From Chloroflexota bacterium (GTDB lineage: Bacteria; Chloroflexota; Dehalococcoidia; Lucifugimonadales; JADFKI01), in NCBI GenBank assembly GCA_027623195.1, contig JAQBUT010000003.1, positions 1 to 64,000 on the forward strand: a DNA stretch of 64,000 bases, written 5' to 3'. Under the pieces are notes generated by a model. It did no database searches and was not told the DNA's origin. It worked only from the letters and a program-made list of their open reading frames with translations. Below are positions 9,734-18,890 of the stretch, one piece after another. The first letter of the stretch is position 1. Each line of letters starts with the position of its first letter. Both the position numbers and the translations under genes were made by a program.

Positions 9734-10054
9734 ATGTATTTGATCAGAAGGATTTATAAGACCAAGCCGGGGCAGGCAATCCGTGCTGCCACGTTAATAC
9801 AGAAGCAGGTGCAGATCTACCACGACGCAGGGCACCGAGGAGAGTTCCGTGTGGCGTTCAATGGCGCCACAATGCCGGGAGAGCAGGATGTGGTCTGCCT
9901 GGAGTGGACCGACGACAAGATTCAGTCGCCTTACCGCGGTGACAACCATATGCCGCCGGCGGCCTTAGAAATGGGCGCAAAGGTCCGGGAGCTCATCGAG
10001 AGCCAGCGCATCGAGTTCATGGAGCTGCTAACGCCGGACAAGTATCGGGAGTAG
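9734..10054 (+). CDS. Small NIPSNAP-like (dimeric alpha-beta barrel) hypothetical protein
   Basis: GGAGGAG SD; YLIRRIYKTKPG..VVCLEW pattern. Confidence 0.6.
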   Translation: MYLIRRIYKTKPGQAIRAATLIQKQVQIYHDAGHRGEFRVAFNGATMPGEQDVVCLEWTDDKIQSPYRGDNHMPPAALEMGAKVRELIESQRIEFMELLTPDKYRE

Positions 10055-10108
10055 GGTCTCCAGTTCGGGCAATCTACTTTGCTTCGGCTAACCACGGTGT
10101 TGGCGGGT

Positions 10109-10197
10109 GCCTCACCCTCACCTCAAATCCTCTCCCATCGAGGGAGAGGAGACATCCCTTCCCCCATCAAGGGGGAAGGGTAGGATGAGGGCGAGGC
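10109..10197. repeat. REP/BoxC-like palindromic element, family A copy 2
   Basis: GCCTCACCCTCA/TGAGGGCGAGGC outer inverted repeat with two inner hairpins (TCCTCTCCC/GGGAGAGGA; CCCTTCCCCC/GGGGGAAGGG); between convergent genes. Confidence 0.75.
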
Positions 10198-10227
10198 GTT
10201 TGTATTCGGGTTCTTCTGGATAGCAAC

Positions 10228-11391
10228 CTACCCCGTATACGCGTACTTCTTCAACGCATCCTCGTTTAGATCAGTTCCCCAGCCCGGGCCCTTGGGAATG
10301 GTAATCATGCCGTTGTTGATCTCTGGAAGCACAGTCACCATCTCGTCTCGCCACGGCACCTGCACCGGATCACTTTCGCTGATCTTCACGTTGGTAACCG
10401 ACGCGCAAAGATTCATGGTCTGGAATGTCGACATATGAGTGTTGTAGTTGTGCGGCGCGATGTTAATCTCAAAATGCTCAGCCATGTTGGCTGCCCTGCG
10501 AGCCGGGATGAACCCCTGCCACTGAAGGTCCAGCTTCATCACGTCCATGGCCCGTCGCTCCAGCAGCGGGTAGTAGGCGAACGGCCCCAGCTTCTGCTCG
10601 CCGGTGCAGATGGGTGTGCGGGTGGCGTCCTTCAGCATGCGAACGCTCTCGGCATCCAGGTTGTCCAGCTCCATCCACATCAACTTCAGGGGCTCCAAGG
10701 CCTGTGCCAGGCGTATGTGGCCATCTGCCTTGAAGTGCTGGTTCACGTCCAGCGCAATGTTTACCCCGTCACCGCCCTCTTCCCGGATGATGGAAATCTG
10801 TGCGTAGGCCGCATCGATCATCTGCTTGGTTAACGTCTGGTCGTGCGGACCTTCCCTGCCTTGGTCCAGTCCTTTGAACTGGTCACCCGGAAGCTGGATG
10901 TTCGTTTTGAAGCTGTCGTAACCACTCTGCACTGCCTCTTTGACGATGGCTCGTATGTCGTCGTAGGACCGGACAGGCGAGCGGCCAAGAACGTCGTAGT
11001 TGTTGGTCTGGTAGGACAGGAAATGCGACCAGTAAACTTTCTGGTGGTCGCGGGTAGGTCCGCCGACAAGTTCGTGGACCGGCATACCAGCTGCCTTGCC
11101 CTTGATGTCCCACAGCGCTAGCTCGATGCCTGCCAAAGCCTGCCAGGTGGCTCCACCGTAAGCCGACTGCACGGCGCGGGCCATGTTGATGTAGTGGCGC
11201 TCAACCGGCCGCGGGTCCTTGCCGATGATGAATGAGGACAGGTCGTCAACCAGCCCACGCATTCCCTTGGCCATCTGTCCCTGGCCGAACTCTGAATAGC
11301 CTGTGATGCCCTCGTCGGTGCGTATGGCGCAGAACAGCCACGGCCTCGACAGGCCCTTGACTACGAATGTCTCAATTCCTGTTACTTTCAT
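10228..11391 (-). CDS. Mandelate racemase/muconate lactonizing enzyme family (galactonate-dehydratase-like)
   Basis: IRTDEGITGYSE, ELALWDIKGK, ALDVN, PICTGE, IAPHN. Confidence 0.92.
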   Translation of the reverse strand: MKVTGIETFVVKGLSRPWLFCAIRTDEGITGYSEFGQGQMAKGMRGLVDDLSSFIIGKDPRPVERHYINMARAVQSAYGGATWQALAGIELALWDIKGKAAGMPVHELVGGPTRDHQKVYWSHFLSYQTNNYDVLGRSPVRSYDDIRAIVKEAVQSGYDSFKTNIQLPGDQFKGLDQGREGPHDQTLTKQMIDAAYAQISIIREEGGDGVNIALDVNQHFKADGHIRLAQALEPLKLMWMELDNLDAESVRMLKDATRTPICTGEQKLGPFAYYPLLERRAMDVMKLDLQWQGFIPARRAANMAEHFEINIAPHNYNTHMSTFQTMNLCASVTNVKISESDPVQVPWRDEMVTVLPEINNGMITIPKGPGWGTDLNEDALKKYAYTG

Positions 11392-11465
11392 TCTTCTATC
11401 CTTTTCCCCATTCCTAAGATTTTGCTACTTTGATTTTCACGAGAAGACCGCATACATACGGCCTA

Positions 11466-11528
11466 TGGTTCGACAGCCTCACCATGAACGTAAATCTAGC
11501 TTCCCGTTCGTCCTGAGCTAGTCAAAGG
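11466..11528. repeat. REP-like palindrome, family B copy 1
   Basis: TGGTTCGACAGCCTCACCATGAACG..CCGTTCGTCCTGAGCTAGTCAAAGG; related copies at 31326, 49428 and 52365. Confidence 0.7.
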
Positions 11529-11548
11529 GTAGGCCGAAAATTACCGGC

Positions 11549-12637
11549 CTACCTGTCTGAAATCATCACAGGTAGGCCGGTGCGTGCCGCTTCTTCGATG
11601 GCTAGCGTTACCTCCACTGTCAGGCGTCCCTCACGGACCGTTGTGTGCGATATGGCAGTGCCGGTGGCTATGTGGTCCAGCCACGAGCGCGTCTCGTTGG
11701 CGATAGGTCCCCAGTAATCGTTCATGGCCCAATCCCCCGACGAGTTGCTCTGCATGAACAGGGCGTTCACGTTGTGGTCCGGCACGTACGCATGTGGCAC
11801 CCCGTTGTCGGTGAACAGGAAGCTGTCCTTGTTGTCCATGTCCAGGATGATGACACCCTCGTCGCCCAGCACCTCAAAGCGAGCGCTCTGCCCGTACGTC
11901 GGGTACTTGGCTGGTAGGGCGTAGAAGATGCCCAGGTTGGCCACCGCGCCGTCCTCGAAGGTGATGATGGTCCACGTAACGTCGTCGACCGGGTAGCCCA
12001 TGCCCTTGAATACCTTGCCGTGACTGCGGGCCACCACCTCCACCGGACGGTTGCCCGCCATGAACCAGCAGGTCATGTCCACATAGTAGGTGAGGGCGTC
12101 CAAAACAGGCGTGGCCGTGGGCGAACGCTTCAGGATCTCCATCATCTGGGCGCGGGTGTTGTACACGCGGGACTGGATTCCAAGAACCTGGCCTAGCCGT
12201 CCTTGCACTACCTGTTCCTTGGCCAGCATCCAGCGTCGGTCGTGGCGACGGGAGTATCCGACTCGAAGCTCCACTCCGGTGCGTTCCACTGCCTCCACGA
12301 TAATGTCCGTGTCCTCCAGGGTTAGGGCCAGCGGCTTCTCCACGAACACAGGCTTTCCAAGCTCAATGGCCTGCAGAATGGGCTTCAGGTGCTCGTGCTC
12401 TGGCGTAGAGACGATGACTGCGTTGACGTCAGGATGGGCAATGATAGTCTCGTTGTCGCTGGACACCAGGTCCGCGCCCACCGCTTCGCCCAGAAGGCCC
12501 GCCTTCTCGGCATCAAGGTCCGACACCGCAAGAAACCGCACCGACGGGTGGCGGGAGGCCATGTTGGCACGAAGGGTTCCGATCCTCCCCGAGCCTACGA
12601 CGGCTACACCTAGCTCCTTCTTTTCAGCCTTCGCCAA
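11549..12637 (-). CDS. Gfo/Idh/MocA family oxidoreductase
   Basis: VGSGRIG, VIVSTPEHEH, VFVEKPLA. Confidence 0.93.
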   Translation of the reverse strand: MAKAEKKELGVAVVGSGRIGTLRANMASRHPSVRFLAVSDLDAEKAGLLGEAVGADLVSSDNETIIAHPDVNAVIVSTPEHEHLKPILQAIELGKPVFVEKPLALTLEDTDIIVEAVERTGVELRVGYSRRHDRRWMLAKEQVVQGRLGQVLGIQSRVYNTRAQMMEILKRSPTATPVLDALTYYVDMTCWFMAGNRPVEVVARSHGKVFKGMGYPVDDVTWTIITFEDGAVANLGIFYALPAKYPTYGQSARFEVLGDEGVIILDMDNKDSFLFTDNGVPHAYVPDHNVNALFMQSNSSGDWAMNDYWGPIANETRSWLDHIATGTAISHTTVREGRLTVEVTLAIEEAARTGLPVMISDR

Positions 12638-12719
12638 TGTCCGGCACCTCCAGATTAGTCTTCTATGTTCCAGGGCAAATATATAACATTTGCCAGCCGG
12701 GCGTTAGTAGAGGTCGAGA

Positions 12720-14036
12720 TCATGTGCTGACGGGCGGGAACGCTCTTGCCGGGAGCTTGGCATGCTTCACGCTGAAGGTCAGCGCTATGGCAACGACGTA
12801 GCACACAATGGCTGTTACAAAGATAGCTTGATATCCGTGGGTCAGGTTGAATAGCAGCGCGCCTAGGCTAGGGCCTAATCCCATGGCTGCCGTGCGGAAC
12901 GGTCCCGTAAGCCCATTCAGGGTGCCGAAAGAGGTTCTGCCGAAGTAGTTTCCCAGCATCATGCTGCCTACTACATTCATGCCGCCGGCCAGAATGCCCC
13001 AGACAATGACGACGGGATATCCGAATTCCAGGGGGTCTATCAGAAGCAGAATAACCGTCGGTATAAGTATCAGAGAGAGCGCCGTTAACGCCAGACGTTT
13101 TACCGAAGACCTGTCGGAAATGTAACCCCACAAGGGAACGGACAGCCCTCCCAGGAATATGCTCACCGACAATGCGCTGGCGGCCACAGTATTGGACATA
13201 CCGGCGTCCGATAGGAAGGGCACTATTTGAAATCCAATGGCGCCGGTTGTGGTCACGGCTAGAAACTCTGCCCACACGATAAACCAGAACGTGGGAAGCA
13301 CCAGAGCCTCACGCATACGCCAATCGAAATCACGTTCGCCGGTGGACGCCTTGACGCCGCTACCTATGGAAGCGTTTTCTAGTGGTGGCGCTTTGTCTCC
13401 GTCGGGCAGCAGGCCAATGTCCTCTGGCCGCTTGCGCATCACTATGAACAGCGGGATGGCCAGTGGTAAGGCAATAAAACCCAGCATCCGGTAGGCCATA
13501 CGCCAGTCGAGGGAGTTGGACACCAGCGTTATTATCTGGATGTTTATTGATTCGGTGATAATGCGATTTTGGGCCGTGATTCCCAGGGCCAGGTTGCGCC
13601 GCCTGCGAAAGAAATTGACGGCCACGGTGCGAGGCACCACGTTTTGCAGGTTCGGGCCCGCCACCGAGCGAAGCAGGATGTACACCACGAAGAACTGCCA
13701 CAGAGAGTTAACTCCCGACAGCGCCAGGTAGCCAAAGCCTACGATCAGGGCGGCGATTACCATCATGTAGCGCGGGCCGTAGCGGTCTGCCAGCCTGCCT
13801 ATGATGGGCATGGTCAGGCCGGATATCCAGGTGCCTGCCGTGGCCGCGAAGGCTATGGTAGTGCGGTCCCATCCCATGTCCAACGCGATGAGGTCTTGCA
13901 CGCCGCCCAGGACTGTCTGTGCCACGCCTGTGGCAATGAAAGCCCCTAGCGCGGCCGTTCCCAGCAGCAGCCATCCATAATAGAACGGAGGGTGGGGATG
14001 CCAGTCCACAAACGCCTTAATTCTGCCCATGCACAT
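12720..14036 (-). CDS. MFS transporter
   Basis: About 12 hydrophobic segments; motif A GRLADRYGPR; YFGRTSFG. Confidence 0.92.
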   Translation of the reverse strand: MCMGRIKAFVDWHPHPPFYYGWLLLGTAALGAFIATGVAQTVLGGVQDLIALDMGWDRTTIAFAATAGTWISGLTMPIIGRLADRYGPRYMMVIAALIVGFGYLALSGVNSLWQFFVVYILLRSVAGPNLQNVVPRTVAVNFFRRRRNLALGITAQNRIITESINIQIITLVSNSLDWRMAYRMLGFIALPLAIPLFIVMRKRPEDIGLLPDGDKAPPLENASIGSGVKASTGERDFDWRMREALVLPTFWFIVWAEFLAVTTTGAIGFQIVPFLSDAGMSNTVAASALSVSIFLGGLSVPLWGYISDRSSVKRLALTALSLILIPTVILLLIDPLEFGYPVVIVWGILAGGMNVVGSMMLGNYFGRTSFGTLNGLTGPFRTAAMGLGPSLGALLFNLTHGYQAIFVTAIVCYVVAIALTFSVKHAKLPARAFPPVST

Positions 14037-14166
14037 CCATCATAAATTCGAACCTGGGAGAGTGTAGCAACGTGCCGATGAGGCGGTCAACGAAAGCCGG
14101 TTTGCAAGCCGCCGCGACGAAAGCTATATTGGTGGCGCAAACGACTCGGGAGGAAATTTCATACAC

Positions 14167-14667
14167 ATGACATCGTCCTCGGATATCGACAACACCGTTA
14201 TATCGACGCTGGAAAGCCTGGGCGTGGCCTATGAGTTGATTCAGATCGATCCTGACTTCGCCGACACGGCCCAGTTCTGCGAGAAGTACGGATTCCCCAT
14301 GGAGTATAGCGGCAACACCATTATCCTTGCCTCCAAGCGGGGGGAGAAGAAGTTTTGCGCTTGTATAGTGCAGGCCTCGCAAAGGCTGGACGTTAACAAG
14401 ACGGTGCGCGGTCTAATGGGCGTATCGCGGGTGTCATTTGCATCAGCCGACGAGACCATGGAACTGACCGGTATGATGATTGGCGGCGTGACGCCTTACG
14501 CCTTACCCAACGGACTGCCAGTGTACGCCGACCACAACCTGCTCTCAGCTGAGTACGTTATCCTGGGCTCCGGCAGCCGCTCGTCCAAGCTGAAGGTGTC
14601 GCCGAGCGAGATGGCCAAGATACCGGGCCTGGAGTTCATAGAGGGGCTGTCTATGCCGGCTGGGTAA
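14167..14667 (+). CDS. YbaK/prolyl-tRNA-editing domain protein
   Basis: SFASADET..LTGMMIGGVTPY, LGSGSRS. Confidence 0.85.
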   Translation: MTSSSDIDNTVISTLESLGVAYELIQIDPDFADTAQFCEKYGFPMEYSGNTIILASKRGEKKFCACIVQASQRLDVNKTVRGLMGVSRVSFASADETMELTGMMIGGVTPYALPNGLPVYADHNLLSAEYVILGSGSRSSKLKVSPSEMAKIPGLEFIEGLSMPAG

Positions 14668-14750
14668 CGTACCTGGCGGACAGCCAGACGCTCGTTCTAA
14701 ATGAATTCAATCGATATAAGCACAAGTTTCTTGCGAAAGGGTGGGCCGTA

Positions 14751-15701
14751 ATGACAAACCAAAAAATCCCGACGGAAGCTGAAGTCATTGGCTGGATGGA
14801 ATCCCTGAAAAACTGGGGACGCTGGGGCGACGACGACCAGCTAGGCTGCCTGAACCTCATCACGCCGGAGAAGCGCAAGAGGGCCGCCGCGCTGGTTCAG
14901 GACGGCAACGTTGTGACATGCGCTCGTCCCATCACAACCGAGATGGCGCCCGACGTTAGCTTTCAGGTGCAGCGTTATATGGTAGATAGCGGAGAGGGCC
15001 GCGACACCGATTCTCCAGAGCGTCAAGCGGCACGCAGAGGCGCGGCAGAGTTCGTCGGCCTGGTGTTTCACGGGCAGACCATTACGCACATCGACGCGCT
15101 GTCCCACTACTCCTGGAACGGGATCATGTACAACGGCAAGCCCCACAGCCTTGTTACGGCTCGTGAGGGGGCGCAAAGCCACTCGATAGAGCCCACGTAC
15201 AACGGCATTGTGTCGCGCGGTGTGCTGCTGGACATCGTCAAGGTGCGCGGCGTCGATTGGCTGGAGCCAGACGCGCCGGTAATGCCAGAGGACCTTGAAG
15301 CTGCCGAGAAGGCGCAGGGCGTTCGGGTGGAGGAAGGGGACATACTGCTGGTGCGCACCGGCAACTATCGGCGACGGCTGGAGCAAGGGGCTCAGGCCAG
15401 AACTGAGCCTTCAGTGGCGTGCCAGGTGGCCTGCGTACCCTGGTTTAAGGAGCGGGGCATTGCCATGCTAGGCACCGACACGTCCAACGACGTTAGGCCG
15501 TCGCAGTACCCGACTATATCGTCGCCGCTGCACATCCTGTCCCTGGTGACGCTGGGCCTGTGGCTCATCGATAACGCCAACCTGGAGGACGTTACCGCCG
15601 CCTGCGCCGAGCGCAACCGCTACGAGTTTCTTCTGAGTCTTGGTCCGTTACGCCTGATGAAGGTAACCGGCAGCCCGGTGAATCCGATAGCGATTTTCTG
15701 A
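14751..15701 (+). CDS. Cyclase family (kynurenine-formamidase-like) metallohydrolase
   Basis: NWGRWGDDDQLG, THIDALSH, RGVLLD, GDILLVRTG, GSPVNPIAIF. Confidence 0.9.
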   Translation: MTNQKIPTEAEVIGWMESLKNWGRWGDDDQLGCLNLITPEKRKRAAALVQDGNVVTCARPITTEMAPDVSFQVQRYMVDSGEGRDTDSPERQAARRGAAEFVGLVFHGQTITHIDALSHYSWNGIMYNGKPHSLVTAREGAQSHSIEPTYNGIVSRGVLLDIVKVRGVDWLEPDAPVMPEDLEAAEKAQGVRVEEGDILLVRTGNYRRRLEQGAQARTEPSVACQVACVPWFKERGIAMLGTDTSNDVRPSQYPTISSPLHILSLVTLGLWLIDNANLEDVTAACAERNRYEFLLSLGPLRLMKVTGSPVNPIAIF

Positions 15702-15706
15702 GGGTA

Positions 15707-15729
15707 GGGTGAAGCCTCGGACTTCACCC
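15707..15729. terminator. Hairpin between convergent genes
   Basis: GGGTGAAG-CCTCGGA-CTTCACCC. Confidence 0.4.
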
Positions 15730-15761
15730 GAGGAGCCTACACGACGGAAGTTGTGACTGGT

Positions 15762-16844
15762 TTACCCGTCAACGATGTCAACATGAACATCCCAGTCAAG
15801 CTCTTTGACTATGAGCGTCTCCGGCATGCGATATTCGATTGCCATCAACTGGGTCTTAGGAGGCATGCCAGGGCATTGGATTCGCCAACACCAGACGGAA
15901 GAGTCCTCAGATTGCGAGCTATCGAGCCGGAATCTCATCTGTGACAGCCATATCGGTTCTAATAAGTTGAACAAAGGCTGATAGCTTTTTCCGCGAGCGG
16001 ACGGATTCCACGGCAGATGGAACCACTCCATTTCGTCCACGACGGGCGTCGGACTCCCACTACGCTCTGTTTGGGAATAGCGAACAGTTCTCTTGCCAGC
16101 CTGCAACATGTAGGTTGGACGGATGACGGTGTGGTTCGGATATTGGCCAATTTCAATTAAAGCGGTATCGGCTGAGGTTTCGGATAGATTGCGAATACCC
16201 AGATGAACTCCGGGTTCGATGACTCCACTAGTCGGCGTCGGATCAATTCTCAGTTCGCTTTCCCAATATTTAGTCAGACCTGCGACCAAATGCAAATTAG
16301 GTGTTGCCCCTCGTGCTTTGAGCAATTCAATTTGGTAATGCTCCATTGGCTCCGATTTATAATGGGACCGTTGATAATATCTCCAATCTGAGGCTTGATA
16401 TGCAGTGCCAATTCCCGCATCTACCTCAATGAGAAAGACAACTCTGCCGCATATTTCGATTTCGTTAATATTGAACAAACTTGAGACTGGCTTTGGTTTG
16501 ATGTTACTCGTAATCAAATTTTCGATAATTTCTTTTGTAATTTCGCCGCGGCGGTAGCCGTCTTGCTCTGAATCAAACAATGAAAGTGGTATGGGTGCCC
16601 CGCCTGTTGCAGGCGAATTTTTAACTTCCCGAATTCCGTAAATGAGGACGCCGCCATCAGAATTGAGAAAAGATGAAACGTCCTTGCTGATATCCTCTGC
16701 TCTTTTCTGGCTGTCTTTACCCTTTCCTCCCTGATTGATTGGTAGCAGGGCTCGTTTCTCTTTGTAATCTAAATGCGAGTTCTCCGGTTCTTGATCCCTC
16801 AGCATTCTAGGGAGCTCAGAATTCCAATCGATCGACGAAAACAT
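15762..16844 (-). CDS. Schlafen/AlbA_2 domain protein with an unknown C-terminal beta-rich domain
   Basis: ENSHLDYK, KDVSSFLNSDGGVLIYGIRE, YYQRS..SEPM; visibly AT-richer than its neighbours. Confidence 0.85.
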   Translation of the reverse strand: MFSSIDWNSELPRMLRDQEPENSHLDYKEKRALLPINQGGKGKDSQKRAEDISKDVSSFLNSDGGVLIYGIREVKNSPATGGAPIPLSLFDSEQDGYRRGEITKEIIENLITSNIKPKPVSSLFNINEIEICGRVVFLIEVDAGIGTAYQASDWRYYQRSHYKSEPMEHYQIELLKARGATPNLHLVAGLTKYWESELRIDPTPTSGVIEPGVHLGIRNLSETSADTALIEIGQYPNHTVIRPTYMLQAGKRTVRYSQTERSGSPTPVVDEMEWFHLPWNPSARGKSYQPLFNLLEPIWLSQMRFRLDSSQSEDSSVWCWRIQCPGMPPKTQLMAIEYRMPETLIVKELDWDVHVDIVDG

Positions 16845-16852
16845 AATTCCAC

Positions 16853-17824
16853 CTAAAACCCCGCAATCTTGTCACACACGTAAATAAACGGCTCGTTGTT
16901 GAGGAAGCGGCGCATGTTCTCGCGGAAGGCGTAGCGTCGGCCCTCGTACATCTCCGGCGTCAGCGCAGAGGCGTGCGGGGACAAGATCACGTTGTCCAGG
17001 CCCCACAGCGGGCTATCTTTGGGCAGCGGCTCGATCTCCGTGGCGTCGATGCCCGCGCCGGCCAGCTTGCCGTCGCGTATCGCGGCCGCCAGCGCATCCT
17101 CGTCCACGATGCCGCCCCGCGATATGACGAACAGGCGCGCCGTGGGCTTCATGAGGCCGATGCGTCGGGCGTCGATTAGACCCCGCGACTCTGCCGTCAG
17201 CGGCGCGGCCACCACGAACCAGTCGGATATCGCCATTAACTCGTCCAGCCGGTCCAGGCCCCACACTTCTTTCACCTGCGGCGGAGGCGCCGTCGGGTGC
17301 AGGTCCACCGCGTACACGTCCATGTCGAAGCCGAAGGCCCGCCGAGATATCGCCTTGCCGATGTCTCCCAACGCCAGAATGCCCATAGTCGAGCCGGCCA
17401 GCTCCACGAAACCGTGGTCGTACTTGGGGGTAGACCAGTAGCGTTCGTTCTGGTCTCTGGCCATCTCGCGACCCTGGTGCGCCAGCGAAATCATCATCCA
17501 CATCACGTGATCTGCCATGGGCGCGGCGTGCGGTCCACGGGCGTTGGTCAGCACTACGTCGCTATCCGTAAGCTCTGGCAGGTTCTTCATAATGGCGTCG
17601 ATGCCTGTGCCGGGGCAGTGAATCCAGCGCAGTCGGTGCGCCGCCTCCAGGACCTCTTTGCTGGACGGCCAGCCGCAGATAATGTCAGCGTCTGGTGCAA
17701 CCTCTAGCTGCTCATCGTTGCTCATTGCCAACTGGAATTCGACGTCAGGAAACTCAATTCGTAGGTTATCCACAAAATCGTCGCCAAGATGGGTGTGGGT
17801 TACCATTACCTTAAGGTTCGGCAT
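16853..17824 (-). CDS. D-2-hydroxyacid dehydrogenase family protein
   Basis: LRWIHCPGTG, ALGDIG, ISRGGIVDE, AGID..EPLP, SPHAS. Confidence 0.92.
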   Translation of the reverse strand: MPNLKVMVTHTHLGDDFVDNLRIEFPDVEFQLAMSNDEQLEVAPDADIICGWPSSKEVLEAAHRLRWIHCPGTGIDAIMKNLPELTDSDVVLTNARGPHAAPMADHVMWMMISLAHQGREMARDQNERYWSTPKYDHGFVELAGSTMGILALGDIGKAISRRAFGFDMDVYAVDLHPTAPPPQVKEVWGLDRLDELMAISDWFVVAAPLTAESRGLIDARRIGLMKPTARLFVISRGGIVDEDALAAAIRDGKLAGAGIDATEIEPLPKDSPLWGLDNVILSPHASALTPEMYEGRRYAFRENMRRFLNNEPFIYVCDKIAGF

Positions 17825-18081
17825 GTCAGGCTCCTTTCGTCGTTCTGGTTTTTGTGAGTAGGAAATAATTGGGAGTCTAAATTGGCCTTAACGGGATGTC
17901 AATTGGAGTGCCCAGGTGGGTCCGACCCACACCCTCTGCACACCTCCCGAATCCCAAAATCCACCCGATGCCAGGCCTTTGCAGGTTAAATTTAAGAGGT
18001 GCTATCACAACATCTCCGTTATCCTCGGCTCCCCATGACCGCCATGGCCATTAGATGTCGAGATTTAGGCAGATTCCACTT

Positions 18082-18444
18082 ATGACCGCAAAAACCGGAC
18101 TGGGGAGGCTGTCCCAGGTTCGAATGATTAGAGAACTCTCCTGGCACGAGGATATGGAACATCGGCCGGGAGTATTTCTACTCAGGGAAACTGTGGACGG
18201 CAACGTCAAATACGTCGGCTACTCGGATTCCGACCTGCGTGAATATATGCTGGTCAAGGAAGAGGAGCTTGTTGGTCGGCGCTTCGACTTCTATAACCAC
18301 AGGCATGCCAACGACGCCGACCATGCCTTTGAGGTGGCATGCATGTTCTACCACCAGTACAAGAAAACGCTGAAGCGGTGCCTCCATCCCGCAAGCCCGG
18401 AGGGCTCTTCACAGGGCTGCCCTGTGCACTCCTGTCCCGTCTAG
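18082..18444 (+). CDS. Small GIY-YIG-superfamily-like protein with a Cys/His tail, catalytically degenerate
   Basis: PGVFLL..KYVGYSDSDL; AFEVACMFYH; HP..P....CPVHSC; start codon uncertain (18055, 18082 or 18124). Confidence 0.55.
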   Translation: MTAKTGLGRLSQVRMIRELSWHEDMEHRPGVFLLRETVDGNVKYVGYSDSDLREYMLVKEEELVGRRFDFYNHRHANDADHAFEVACMFYHQYKKTLKRCLHPASPEGSSQGCPVHSCPV

Positions 18445-18555
18445 GCCTCCTGAGTTTGGGGCGTGCCTATCTGGGGACGCGCAATGCGAAATGTACGGAT
18501 AGGTGTCAACAAATTTTTCACCGGGTTATCTCCTAGATATTCACTTGCTCTTTGT

Positions 18556-18671
18556 AAGTTGGTTGTGTGGGCAGCAACCACTACACGCTTCGACAAATCC
18601 AAGTCACTACCCAACAAGACTTTTCTCCAAGCTGTAGCACCGCGACCGACCTTGCTGCCCACACCTCACTT
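18556..18671. ncRNA. Putative structured RNA or long irregular hairpin
   Basis: 13-bp perfect inverted repeat GTGTGGGCAGCAA (18565-18577) / TTGCTGCCCACAC (18652-18664) with nested CTACA/TGTAG, GCTT/AAGC and AAGTC/GACTT stems. Confidence 0.35.
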
Positions 18672-18890
18672 CTACTAATGGTACCCGACTAGATGAAATC
18701 GCGTATCGTCACGCCTCAGACACACGCACTTCCAACCAACCGTCCCCTCAATAGGCCTTGTAGGAGTTCCAGCCCCTTGTTATGCTGCAAATATGACCCT
18801 GGAACAACCTCGTGAGGCCATGATTCTTCCGGCGCCTAGCCGGTCATATGCTCTTGGCCGAGCGACCGCCTGATTAAAGGGCAATTCAAG

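Noticed and set aside
18556..18671. Retron msr-msd, 6S RNA or SRP RNA
   Set aside because: No reverse transcriptase nearby, no SRP GGAA-loop motif, and shorter than typical 6S RNA; kept only as an unassigned structure
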